From the NCBI GenBank assembly GCA_951406725.2, contig OX597830.1, forward strand, positions 63,302,001-63,366,000: DNA of 64,000 nt, read 5' to 3'. Position 1 is the first letter of the stretch. Every line of letters begins with the position of its first letter. Position numbers and translations under genes: made by a program. Positions 1 through 12,800 of this stretch are shown here, piece by piece. Origin of the DNA: Octopus vulgaris. Taxonomy: Eukaryota. Under the pieces are notes generated by a model. That model was given only the letters and a program-made list of their open reading frames with translations. It searched no databases and had not been told where the DNA came from.

Positions 1-717
1 AAGACACTTGATCAAGGTGTCATGCAATGGAACTGAACCCAGAACCATGTGGTTGGGAAGCAAGCTTCTTACCACACAGCCATGCCTGTGTCTATACATA
101 CACATTTAAAAGAAAAATTAAGGGTTTGATAGGAGGGAAGGATCTGTACCTGTGGTCACTGCAAGTTGTCTTACAATTAGCCAGAGAATGTGGTGTTGTT
201 GATATCTGGTGGTGGTGGTGGGGGTGACACATAAATGAGGTGAGTACCATGACAAACAAAAGTAGGGAATGTCTTGAGGTAAACAACCAACAGTGAACCT
301 GTTCTTTGTTTTAATTATTTTGTTATTATATTTCTGTTGAAATATTCTGCCTTTGTTTTAATTAATTTTGAAAATAAAAGAATTTAGTGAAATAACTTTG
401 TTGTTATTAAGCTGGTTGTTTATAACATAAATTAGCAAGAGGTTGTGATGGATGGCTTTAATTAAGAATGGTTAATGAGGGGTGGTGTTAACAAAACCAA
501 GGAGCTGATGTCCGTGAATGATGTGGCATAGACTGAAAGAAAGAACAGAACCAATGAAAGCAAGTGTCACCTTGAGGAGTTACAACTAATGCAGTGATTG
601 AAACCACAACATCATCATCATTTAACGTCCGTTGTCCATGCTGACATGGGTTGGACAGTTTGACCAGAGGTGGCAAGCTGGAAGGCTGCACCAGACTCCA
701 CTTAACAAAATCACAGG

Positions 718-1313
718 GAACATCATGATGATGATGATAATGGTGATGCCCTGATGCAGTACCAGGCAGTGGCTCTCATGGTTTCTGATCTTAACTGATT
801 GGAAGTGTTATGTACGTTGTTTTGTCTTCGTATAAAAGATGGGCTACAGCAAATATTCTGCTCAATACCACAGATTTACTTGTCAGTTGTTTGACCATAA
901 CCAGTTGACCATGACCCTTAGTGGCAGCCGATATGTGCATCTCTGACCACGAGCAGAAGTAGTGGGGGAGCATCATAGCCGTGTGTTGAAAGGAATTCTT
1001 GGAGGTTTAGATAATTCACTTTTGGAAACATGGGTGGTTCGTTCAATATCCTTAAACAATCCTCATTCAGGGACCTTTTGAGCGGGATGGGCTACTCGAC
1101 CAGAAGAAAATTCTAACTGGGCCCCACCTGCAAGGTCATGCGCTGTTTATCTTGATATGTGATCACTATGTCACACACATATGGTTGTGATGCATGTACC
1201 TAGTGTACCCTTATCAGATGGGTAGTCATGATGGGTATACTGGGCTTTGTATATTTTACCCCAGTGTCACTTTGATGGCATGCACTGCTCTCTCACTCAA
1301 TAATAATAATAAT
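718..1313 (+). mobile_element. Probable 3' fragment of a non-LTR retroelement ending in (AAT)n
   Basis: GC-richer block ending ctctctcactc(aat)5; no intact ORF; family not assigned. Confidence 0.45.
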
Positions 1314-1739
1314 ACCAAATGATTCTCAATGAACAATGAGGGATGCCTTTGTTTTAGTTACATCAACCAGTAATTTGATCATAGCTGATTGGTATAAATC
1401 AACAACCAATGAGACTAGGTCGGAAGAAAGAAAAAACAAAACAAAAAAGGAACCAGAGGAAAAGAGTTACAATATACACAAAAATAGACCCTTGAAGTGC
1501 TCATTGTAACATAAAAAAGTAAGGAAAAAAATTAAGCATGAAAATTTGCAGTTTGAAAGAAGCAACTGTGTTAAAATTCCGAGGATTGTACACATCTCCA
1601 TGATTTCTCATCAAGAATTATTATATTGATTTACTCTTACAACCCACTTAACACGTCTTAAAAATTCTCATTATTTTCATCTTTTCTTGGTAACATGCAA
1701 ATGAAGCATTCATCTCACTTCAGTATCATTTATTATTAA

Positions 1740-2872
1740 AGCAGCAAGCTGGCAGAATTGGTAGCACAGTGGGCAAAATGCTTAGTGGTATTTCGCCTGT
1801 CTTCATGTTCTGAGTTCAAATTCCACCAAGGTCGACTTTGCCTTTTATTCTTTTAGGGTTGATAAAATAAGTACAAGTTGAACACTGAACACTGAGATCG
1901 ATGTAATTGATTAAGCTCCTCCAAATTCCAGGCCTTGCGTCTATAGTAGAAAGGATTATTATTGTTCTTGTTGTTGTTCATTATCATCATTGTTGTTTAA
2001 CGTCTGCTTTCCATGCTGGCATGGGTTGGACGGTTTGACCGAGGACTGGCAAGCCAGAAGGCTGCACCAGGCTTCAATCCAATCTGGCAATGTTCCTACA
2101 GCTGGATGCCCTTCTTAACGCCAACCACTCTGAGAGTGTAGTGGGTGCTTTTTATGTGCCACCGGCACGAGGGTCAGTCAGGTGGTACTAGCATTGGTAC
2201 CGCCTGACTGGCCCTCGTTGTTGTCATATTAAGGCAGTGAGGTTGCAGAATCGTTAGTACATCGGACTAAATGCTTTGCAGCATTTCTTCCAGCTCTTTA
2301 CATTCAGAGTTCAAATATGGCCAAGGTCGACTTTGCCTTTCATCATTTTGGGGGTTGATGAAATTGACTAGCTCTCTCACCCCTCAAATTTGAACCTTGT
2401 GCCTATAGTAGAAAGAACTGGTATTATTAAAGTAGTGAGCCAGCAAAATAGTTAGTCTGTTGGACAAAGTGCTTAGCAGTATTTCTTCTGGTTTATGTTC
2501 TGAGTTCAAATTCCACTGAGGCCAACTTTGCCTGTCAACCTTATGGGATTGATGAAATAAAGTACCAGTAAAATACTGGAGCTGATGTGCGGCTAACCCT
2601 TCCCCTTAAACTAATGGCCATGTAATAAAACTTGAAGCTGTTATCATCATTAAGGTGGCACATTGGCAGAATTGTTACCATATTGATAATAATGTTAAGT
2701 GGCATTTCTTCAGACTCTTTATGTTCTGAACCCAAATGCTGTTTTGCCTTTAATCCTTTTGGGGTCCATAAAATAAGTACCAGTTGAGCACTGGGACTGA
2801 TATAATTGACTAGGCCCCTCCCCACAAAATTTCATGCCTTGTGCCTGTAGTAGAAAAAAATCATTATTATTA
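1740..2872 (+). mobile_element. Cluster of about 4 head-to-tail tRNA-derived SINEs (family A) with an RTE tail in between
   Basis: Repeated unit GGC..GCTGGCAGAA (A-box-like) ... GAGTTCAAATTCC (B box) ... GACTTTGCCTTTCATCCTTT-GGGGT-GATAAAATAAGTACCAG ... GGCCTTGTGCC ... (ATT)n at about 1740, 2232, 2430 and 2653. Confidence 0.85.
1992..2218 (-). mobile_element. 5'-truncated RTE-type LINE 3' UTR with terminal snap-back inversion
   Basis: Reverse complement matches 56240-56427 (GGCGTTAGGAAGGGCATCCAGCTGTAG...AACCCATGCCAGCATGGAAAGCAGACGTTAAA). Its 5' end folds back at 2167-2218. Confidence 0.8.
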
Positions 2873-3404
2873 GAAGAGTCAAATATAATTATCTCCATCC
2901 TAAGAAAAGACCCTGTTATTTGTGTAAATGTTTGAAATTATGAAACATTCCAATGAAACAGTGTAAAAGTGGAATGTGATTCAGTAAATGAGTTGGTATA
3001 GGAAGTGAATAGTCCCCAAAATAACTTTATATGGTTATTGGGAGATCGGGAATATATAACAAGATATCGTGCATGTAGGGAGTGCATGTAGGGAGATGTA
3101 ATGAGGTGTAGAAAAGGAGTGAAATCAGTGTAGCCTGTAAGCCGTGTGCTTGTGTTGTTGCATATATTTTACAACTAGCATACAAAAGAAAAAAAAATGT
3201 GTGCGCACAAGGTTTTCAAGACAAAATCAAATTTGTTTTCATTAAAGAAATTTGAGTGTTGCTTCCTCGCATCAACACACACTTACTTTGCAAAGAATGA
3301 GAAATTTTTTTGAACACAATGTAAATTTCTGCACTCGTAGCAAAGAAATTAGAGAGGGCAACGGGTGGAATATGTAGAGAGAAGTGAGTAACAAGGAATG
3401 GTCA

Positions 3405-3590
<186 letters not shown>

Positions 3591-4023
3591 TTAGAAATAA
3601 CTGGATGGCATCTAACCGTAAACAAAAGTTAATAAATAAACAACAATCAACAATAAAGAGTAACCAAAGAGTAGCTCCTGACAGATATAAAGTTATATAA
3701 ACAAATCCCTGTCAGTTTCCATTATGAGTATTGAAGATAGTGAAATGGCACAATCATTGAAGCATTGGACAAAATGCCTGGTGATATTTATTCTGACTTC
3801 TTGTGTTCTTAACCCTTTTACTGTGGAAATCAGACTTGTTTCATCCATAACCTTTTAGCATTCAGATTACTCTGTTGGATGTGATGCTAATTCATTCACA
3901 GTGTTTTTAATTTCTCATGCATTATTTTGCAGCTTTAAAGTTTCGACGATGTGATAATAATTTTTTTAGAATGACATCATAGAGTAGGTGTAAGGGGCTG
4001 GATTTGGCCAGTTTGGACATAAG

Positions 4024-4212
4024 GTAGACGCAAGTGTGGCTATGTGGTAAGAAGTTTGCTTCTCAACCACATGGTCCCAGGTTCAATTCCTGGGCACCTT
4101 GGGCAAGTGTCTTGTATTATAGCCCCTGATCAAGGTGTCATGCAATGGGATTGAACCTGGAACCATGTGGTGGGGAAGCAAACTTCTTACTGCACAGCCA
4201 CATCTGTGACTA
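4024..4212. mobile_element. Two family-B SINE heads in inverted orientation
   Basis: GTGGCTATGTGGTAAGAAGTTTGCTTCTCAACCACATGGTCCCAGGTTCAATTCC followed within about 60 nt by its approximate reverse complement. Confidence 0.8.
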
Positions 4213-5982
4213 CATGTTACGTTTATTGAGGTACGTTACCTCAATTTGCAGAAAATACCAATTCTATTTTTTGGTTGATATCTAACATCATTACTGGAAT
4301 AATCAAAATTTAATTTAGCAGTTAAAGAGTTAATTCAAAGGATGGTGGACTGGCATAATCAATAGAGCATCAGATTGGATATCTTATAGTATTGGTTCTA
4401 CGTCTTTGTATTCAGAGTTCAAATCCTTTTGTGGCTTACTTGGACAGTAGAATTAATCTGTTGCTCGGTTTACCACCATCATCTAGTTTGTGGGTACCTG
4501 TAGTTGAGGCCATTGTGTTGCAAGTATTTGGGCTAAATTTGGAGGGTTTGAAATCAATCATGAGCACTGCTTTCCTACCTCAAAACTGAACAAGCAATTT
4601 ATATTTAACATATATATGCTGCTGATAGGTAAGATACCATGGGTTTTGTCTGAAATAAAACCTCTTTAGGACATCCCTTGTTGAAAAAAAGTGTGTGTGT
4701 GTATGTATGTATGTATGTATTGGAGGTAGGCAAAAAAGTTGTCCCAGGAGCAGCATATAACAACACTTGATGCATTTTGGCCTTCTTGGGCTGTGTACTC
4801 ACAGCTACATGCTTAGACAGAATTTGTTGTCAACCAAAAGCTGCTGCTAGGATGATCTTTTGTTTTCCTCTAATCAACATCATCATTTAACATCCGTTTT
4901 TCCATGAGGCATTGATTATATGGCTTGACAGGAGCTGACCAGCTGAAGGGCTCTTCAGGTACCATGTCTACAGCTGGATGCCCTTCTTAACACCAACCAC
5001 TTTACAGAGTGTACATGGGTGCTCTTTACATGGCACCAGCACTTACAAGTCCACAAGAGGGACGCTCAGTTGGAGAGGGTTGCAGAGGATGAACCTGTAT
5101 GCAAAGGCAACCACGCTTTTACTTGGCTTCAAATGTCTTTTCAAGCACAGCAAACTGCCAGGAATTTCATTCTCCTGCTATCCACTCTATGAGTCCCAAG
5201 GTCTGGTGTTTTTCTTTTAACACAGTATATTTATAAGAGTTTTTATCTTGGATGAAAACTGAGCAATCTTGTTTGTCGATGGTGTGTATGTATTAAGTAT
5301 GATATGTAGATGGCTATTTTAATTTAATGCTTCTTCACTTGTGTATGCCAAATTTATATTTAGCCTGGTGGATATTTGCAACACCAGTACACTATTTCCT
5401 AAATATTGAAGATAGCAGATTTCATCTAAACATGTGACTACAATTGCACATCATTGAAAAGACACCAGAGGGATGAAATGCATCTGGTGTTGTCACTAGC
5501 AACTACCAGGACGATTTTTCATCTCCTTCCAATATATATTCTGTTTTCAAACACCTCTATAAAAGATTTTTATCTTAGAGAAAAACTGCTGCAACTTACC
5601 TGTCAATTGTGTATATGCATTGCATATGATACATAGGTGGCTATTTTAATGTAATTCTGCTTCTAATGCATTTATTGTATTTCTACTTATTGAGTTATTA
5701 GTACTTGTACCCTTATCATAATTATCAAGAAGTCTGGGCTCTTTCAGTTATGAGTACAGGTCACCTGACAGGCTTCTACTGTTTCTACCCACCTTATTTC
5801 ACCCACAAGGTTTGGGTTGGTCTGAGTTATGTCAAAAGACACTTGCCCATGATACAATGTGGCAGGATTGAAACCAGAGCTTCATGGTCGAGAAGTGAAC
5901 TTCTTAACCACTTGGCCATGCCTACATGCATATAATATAAACGGTAAATGAAAGTAACAGGAAGCAAAGAGTAAACTGTAAG

Positions 5983-6137
<155 letters not shown>

Positions 6138-6360
6138 ATTAAAAATATATAAATTTTCCATGCTATTTAGCATCACACAAAACTATTACTGAATTCCAGT
6201 TACACAGACAGAGAAAAAACAGTAAAGTTTGGCAGGTCAGAAATATTCTAATAAATCAATAGAAACAAAGGAGGAGGAGGATGAAGAGGAGGGAGAAGAG
6301 GAGGATATCCTCAAAAGCAACAAAACTGAAACAAAGCGAATGAAGAAAAGATCTACTCAC

Positions 6361-6419
6361 ACATCTTGAAAATCCTCTAAAGTTTTCTGTGGTGTGAATG
6401 CATTTAAGAGACCTATAAT
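6361..6419 (-). CDS. JNK: JNK coding exon 3 (59 nt; absent from the ORF track)
   Basis: Read manually: ttttcag|ATT ATA GGT CTC TTA AAT GCA TTC ACA CCA CAG AAA ACT TTA GAG GAT TTT CAA GAT GT|gtgagt = IIGLLNAFTPQKTLEDFQD(V). Phases 0/2 fit both neighbours. Confidence 0.97.
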
Positions 6420-6799
6420 CTGAAAACAGAAACAAATGAAATATATATTAAGAATATTGGATAGAAAGATAGAAATGAAGTTTTAAACATATTTTGTTAA
6501 CAGAATTATAAGCCATCGCTGTATCATGCCTATAGAAAATGGTCTAATATTAAGGTATATAAGCTTACATAAGAGAAAAAAAAACAGGCAGTTTGATTCC
6601 CATGCGTACAAATGCCCATTTTTTCCTGTTACAGAGGTTTATACAACCTAAAATTATACTATTTTCTATAGCTAATAAATGGTGAAGGCTTATAATCCAA
6701 TTCACAAAAAATTTCAGTCGCTTCCATTTCCTAATTCATACAAAATTCACATGTGTTTAAATACATTGCTATATCATAATGTTTCCTGTTGCCACAGAA

Positions 6800-7112
6800 C
6801 AGAGTTTCTCTAGGTGGGTACCCTGAAAGAATTCTGGGATCCTGCAAGATGAGGTGTGCTTTAATGAAATTTTAATGAAAAATGTATTTTACAAATCAGA
6901 TAAATTAAATACTCTTCCACATTTTCATAAGAGTCATGTTATATGATGTTTTTAGAGAAATATACACTCTCGCCAAAATAATTTTTGCTTCGGTTAATGT
7001 TTTATGAAACTTAAAATGGTGGGGCTTGTTTGTAAAATACAGGAATGGGTTCTGAGATTTTTTGGAAATATTCTATAAGGATTCTGTGACAGAATAAGTT
7101 TGGGAAGTATTG
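6800..7112. mobile_element. Degraded hAT (Charlie-like) MITE
   Basis: Ends CAGAGTTTCTC... and ...AAGTTTGGGAAGTATTG resemble hAT-Charlie TIRs; TSD is eroded. Confidence 0.45.
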
Positions 7113-7270
7113 GCACAGGGCACATTGCCAATACAGGAAAGTAGCAGAAAACTACTAAACACTTTGTACCAACAGTTCACAAGGACTGCAGTATTATGCA
7201 GTAAAAAGCAGAGTCACTGTGAAGAACTGTAGCGATGTGAAAGGTGATGGGAGGTCATGATCATTTAAAT

Positions 7271-7521
7271 CAGTGGTTCTCAACTAGGGTCATATGGCCC
7301 TTGGGAATCCATATAACATTTTGTTGTGAGAATTAATGTGCAATAAATTGCTTATATTTTTACAATACACCAAATATTTTAATCTTTTTTAATACAATTC
7401 CTAATAATATTTATTTAATAATAAAAATAGGATTTTTTAAACACTGAATGGCTACGAGGTTCCACTGGAGTAAAATACGAATTAAAGGGGTCCATAGGTA
7501 AAAAATGATTGAGAAACACTG
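7271..7521. mobile_element. hAT (Charlie-like) MITE with perfect 8-bp TSD
   Basis: TIRs CAGTGGTTCTCAA / TTGAGAAACACTG, flanked by ATTTAAAT at 7263-7270 and 7522-7529. A degraded relative lies at about 13098-13420. Confidence 0.85.
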
Positions 7522-8477
7522 ATTTAAATGGATTAAGCTTTCACTTATATACACAAAACACAACTATACATACAACATACAAGCCTGGGCAATGTGTTAT
7601 GGGGGATAGGATGTTGCTCATGCAGCATGTCCCCTTTCTCTACAACACTGCTGGGTCCAAAGGAATAGCAGAGCTGGAACAGTTTGGCAGAAGTGCTGTT
7701 GCAGGAGCTACCAGGACAAAGTTATATTGAATGACAAACTGCCTTAGGGGCTCCAACTCCAGATTTTTCCTTGAATCCTTCTCATGCCTGGGTATCACTG
7801 CAACACAGCAGAGGTTTGGAGTCAGAGTTTTCCTTGTTGTAGATGGACTACCTTCCAAGGCTGACAATCTCCATCTATCTTCATGTGGCAGGTATTACTG
7901 GGGTACATAGTAGCTAGTAGCAGGCAAAAAAAAAAAAAAATCAAGGAAACCTGACCTGACTGTAACATAGATATGTACGTGCTATTGGATGGCCATTGAC
8001 TCATACGAGTTCCTCCACCCATAGACAAGTTTTGTTTTTTTTTATCCTGCAGGATATCCAATAATCATCCTCCTCACCAAACAAGCTTGGTAGGATTGCT
8101 GATTTAGTCATCGGTGATCCGGACATGTAACAGGTTGTACTGGGTTACATGTTACCAGTAGCATTCAGGAGTGACCTGACATATAAACACAAATATATAA
8201 CAGGCAAAAATGAAGAATAAAGAGAGTGGCTGTGAATTCTGCAAGCCATAGCAAAAGCAACTTGACTAAGAGAACAAGGACTGATGAAAAAGTGATACTG
8301 AGTAGAGGGTGCTCTTTTACTTTAATCGACAAACCTCATGGAGGTTGAGAGTACATCTCAGATCACAAAGGATGGTGACAAGTGATGGGACATTACACAG
8401 ATACCAGCACAGAAAAGTAAATTTAAAATGAGGAAGATATATAGAAGCACACAAAAACATTATGTATTTACATATGT

Positions 8478-8753
8478 CCGTTGCCAGCCTCGCCTGGCCC
8501 CCGTGCTGGTGGCACGTAAAAGCACCATCCGTTCGTGGCCGTTTGCCAGCTCTGTGGCACCTGTGCGGGTGGCACATAAAAAGCACCCACTACACTCATG
8601 GAGTGGTTGGCGTTAGGAAGGGCATCCAGCCGTAGAAACACTGCCAGATCAGACTGGGCCTGATGCAGCCTTCTGGCTTCTCAGACCCCAGTTGAACCGT
8701 CCAACCCATGCTAGCATGGAAAGCGGACGCTAAATGATGATGATGATGATGAT
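8478..8753 (+). mobile_element. Young 5'-truncated RTE LINE 3' UTR with (GAT)n tail
   Basis: Nearly identical to 56149-56427. Confidence 0.88.
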
Positions 8754-9604
8754 AAACATCCCATCAAGTGAAGATAGAAAAGTTATAACATTGGCTCTGA
8801 GGGTCAAACACTGTGTCAGGTGTAAACTATAGAGTGTAAAGATATGCATTACATTATTGTTTTAACATCTACTTTTCTATGTTTGCATGGGGTTGATGGA
8901 ACTTGCTGAGGCAGATTTTCAATGACTGGATATATTTTCAAAGATGACTGGAAACAAAGGACACAGTGACACTCGTTCTACAAGTGTTACACAATGTCAA
9001 GACTACGAGACATGCACATACGTATATACATACAACAGTCTTTCAGTTTTTGTCCACCAAATCCACTCATAAGGATTTTGTCAGCTTGAGGCTACAGTAG
9101 AAGACATAGTGGGATTGAACACATAGCCATGTGGTTGGGAATTTGAACTCAGAACGCAAAGACAGACAAAATACTGCTAAGCATTTTGCCTGGCATGCTA
9201 ACGTTTCTGCCAGCTTGCCGCCTTGCTATAAGATAATGCCTCAATAAAGTATTCCTTTAACCCATGCTGACATTGTAAAAACAGACATAAAAACAAACAA
9301 ACAACACACCAACAAACAGACTGTGACATTTTGAAATTCTAAGATACTCGACACAACATAACACAAATATCAGCTTTTGGACCAGGATAAACATAAATGC
9401 AGACACAGAGACACACACACATATGCCTATATATCTATTTAACAGGATTCTCTATAGTTTCCACCTTCCAAATTCCACTCACTAAGGTAATGGTCAACTC
9501 CACACTAGTGTATGACAGGCATCTTATTCAATGTACTCTGCAGTGGAATAAAACTCAGAACCACACAGCTGCAAAGTCGGCTCCTGAACCAGGCCTGAGA
9601 CTAT

Positions 9605-10030
9605 ATTTTTTTTTTACTTGTTTCAGTCTGTGGCCATGCTGGGGCATCGCCTTGAAGAATTTTAGTCGAATGAATTGACCCCAGTTCTTGGAATAGAGTA
9701 AGTACCAGGTTTACAAAAAATAATTTCTTGTAAACTTGGTGCTTATTCTATTGGTCTCTTTTGCTGAACCACTAAATTATGGGGATGTAAACCCACCAAC
9801 ACAGGTTGTCAAGCAGTGGTGGGGAATAAATGGAGATACAAAGATACACACTCACACATACATATATGACCAGCTTCTTTTAGTTTCCGTCAACCAAATC
9901 CACTCACAAGGCTTTGATCGGCCCAGGCTATAGTTGAAGACATTTGCCCAAGGCGCCATGCAGTGGGACTGAGCATGGAACCATGTGGTTGGGAAGCAAA
10001 ATTCTTACCACACAGCCATATTTGTGCCTA
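9605..10030 (-). mobile_element. Family-B SINE (tRNA head + CORE-like ACCTTGGGCAAGTG segment + tail type 1)
   Basis: Reverse complement of 22276-22643. Further copies at about 35955-36315(-), 38878-39262(+), 43130-43830(+) and 49447-49790(-); head fragments at 1-90(-), 5750-5925(-) and 33195-33358(-). Confidence 0.8.
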
Positions 10031-10039
10031 TATATGTAT

Positions 10040-10378
10040 GACTGTGCGGTTAAGAAGTTTGCTCCCCAACCACAAGGTGTCGGGTTTAGTTCTTCTATTA
10101 TAACTCTGGGCCAACCAAAGCATTGAGAATGGATTTGCTGGAATAGAAATGGATAGTAGCCCATTGTATAGGTGTGTGCGTGTGTGTGTGTGTGTTATCT
10201 TGACATTGTGTGATTGTAGTAAATAAATGTCATTCATTTCCAATATCCTGCAAAAATATGTCTGGACATGGGAAAACAAGTAAGGGTTGGAAACTGGAAG
10301 TGCGCCTGACTGTAGAAAATCTGCCTCAATATCATCTGTCCGACCATGCAAGTGTGGAAAAGTGGACATTAAAACAAT
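10040..10378 (+). mobile_element. Family-B SINE head joined to an RTE-like tail (tail type 2)
   Basis: Same head, then a (TG)n spacer, then ...CTGTAGAAAATCTGCCTCAA...CCATGCAAGTGTGGAAAAGTGGACATTAA. Similar copies at about 11580-11930(+), 28175-28590(-) and 48170-48560(+). Confidence 0.7.
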
Positions 10379-10984
10379 GTGTATATGCAGAGAAGCACGG
10401 TAGGCAGTGTCTATCCAGACTACACCCATACCATTTGTGAAACATAAAAATTAAAGGATTCCTAATTAATTATCAAAATGACAGAGCAATTTTCATTCTG
10501 CTCAGAACATGGTTCCACATCAAAACTGCTATCCTACTGAAACCAGTACACAAAAAAATATATAAATAAACATTCATCAACATTTAATACCCATTTTCCA
10601 TGCATGGTGAGACAGTTTGAAAGAATCTGGTAAGCCTGCATGGCCACATCAAACTCCAATGCCAGCTTTGGCTCGGTTTCTATGATTGGGTGCATTTCTT
10701 AACATCAACTACTTTGCCGCATGTACTGCGTGCTTTGTCGGTGCTAGTGGCACCAGAGACGTCATCAAGTAACTTGCAAGACAAGAATGAACAGGAAAAA
10801 AAACCCCTTGACTAAGTGGGGAGATGAAGTATTTCAGAGGGGGCAGTGGTTTTATGTCAGGTGTTGAGAGGCTGAAGCATGATAGAGAGACAATATACAG
10901 ATGCACTTAAATATATATGTGTACATACATGTACCTGCATACACATAAATACATTTGGGTTCTTAGAATACCAGTGTGTATGTG

Positions 10985-11025
<41 letters not shown>

Positions 11026-11026
11026 T

Positions 11027-11216
11027 CACGTAAAAAGCACCCACTACACTCACGGAGTGGTTGGCGTTAGGAAGGGCATCCAGCCGTAGAAACACTGCTG
11101 GATCAGACTGGACCTGAAGCAGCCTTCTGGCTTCACAGACCCCAGTTGAACCGTCCAACACATGCTAGCATGGAAAGCGGACGTTAAATGATGATGATGA
11201 TGATGATGATGATGAT
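11027..11216 (+). mobile_element. Young RTE LINE 3' tail with probable ATCACT TSD
   Basis: Near-identical to 8574-8753. ATCACT occurs at 11021-11026 and 11215-11220; the tail is (GAT)n. Confidence 0.85.
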
Positions 11217-12169
11217 CACTATTTTTGTCTTTCTTGTGCCTAAGCTCATTAGGGCAGATCTTAACATCCTTTCTGTGACATTTAAGTAACCAAAAGAACA
11301 AGACTCTCCACTAAACGGGAAATCAGTCCATTGCAGATTTAATCTCCTAGTTATAACTGGTACTTGTTTTCACCTAAACAGATTGGAGCATTGTTAAATG
11401 AAGTGTTTTTGCTCAAGGACACTATATGTAGTCCAGCCCAAGAATTGAACCTCCAACCTTGTGATTGGTAACACAACACCTTAATCACCAGGCCATGCAT
11501 TTTCACTTATATGTGTGCGCGTCTGTATTACATTATAGATGCACATGTGCATATACATACACACACACACGCATGTTCACTTGCACCTTGGGCAAGTGTT
11601 TTCTCCTAAGGTCCTGGGCTGACCAAAGCTTTGTGAGTCCATTTGATGGATGGAAACTAAAAGAAGCCTGGTGTGTGTGTGAGTGAGTATGTTACAGTTC
11701 TTTTGTCTTAAAATTGCATGTTAGTCGTAAACAAGTGTCACTGTCATGCATGAGGTGTCTTTCATTTCCTATCTTCTGTGTAAACATATCTGGTTATCAG
11801 GAAACACTGTCTTATTTGGAAACGGGTGGGGGTTGGCAACAGGAAAGGCATCCAGGGGTAGAGAAACCACCTCAACAAATTCCATCTGACCCATGTGAGC
11901 ATGGAAAAGTGGACATTAAAAGACCATGATGATTGTGTGTGTGTGTGGGGAGAGAGAGAGAGAGAGATGGGGAAGGGACTGACTTTTAAGGGTCTGTCTA
12001 TCCCTTATGTGAAATAAATCATATTTAACACATAAATTACAATATAAATGAAACAAACAACTAAATAAAAGATAAATGATAATAATAATAATATTAAAAA
12101 AATAGATCAATATCTTCTGGACTAGTTAGCAGTCAATACCAATGTCGAAGAACTCAGACTGCCACCCCA

Positions 12170-12181
12170 AAAACAACAACA

Positions 12182-12220
<39 letters not shown>

Positions 12221-12800
12221 GATGATGATAATGCTACCATCGTCACCAACATCACCTACCTCTGACACTACAAATTTGCTACTACCACAACCATTTCTAC
12301 TCCCACTACCACTGGCTACTAACTGTGGCACCAATACCACTATCACCACCACCACCATCACCACCACCACTATATCGCTATTTCGTACTCTGTAAATAAA
12401 ACCAGATTTCACAGTATTATACATACACACTGCAGCTTTCACCTAACTCTCCTGCTCTCCAATGGAAATCATGCCTGCCTCAAATCAATAGCTGCAGTAT
12501 AATAATGATGATGATGATGGTGATGATGATGGTGGTGGTGGTAGTGATGATACAACAACAGTGATAGTTGTAATATCAAATAGTAACACAGGCGTAACAG
12601 TAGTTAGTAGTAGTGCAACTAGTAGTTAAAGTAATAGTAGTAATAATAACCATGCTTAAAGGTTTCTGTATTTTATATCAGTATTAGTAGTGGTGATGGT
12701 TGTGGTAGTAGTAATTAATGATGATGATAATAATAATCATGCTAATGATTTCTGTATTTTAAAGCAGCAGCAACAGTAGTAGTAGTAGTAGTAGTAGTGG
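12170..12800. repeat. Low-complexity trinucleotide field (CTA, CCA, GAT, GTA, GGT)
   Basis: Direct inspection. Polarity switches from (CTA/CCA)n to (TAG/TGG)n around 12480. Confidence 0.85.

Noticed and set aside
12122-12442. 106-aa Val/Ser-rich ORF as a nested membrane protein gene
   Set aside because: Composition is explained by trinucleotide repeats, and the start is a non-ATG codon.
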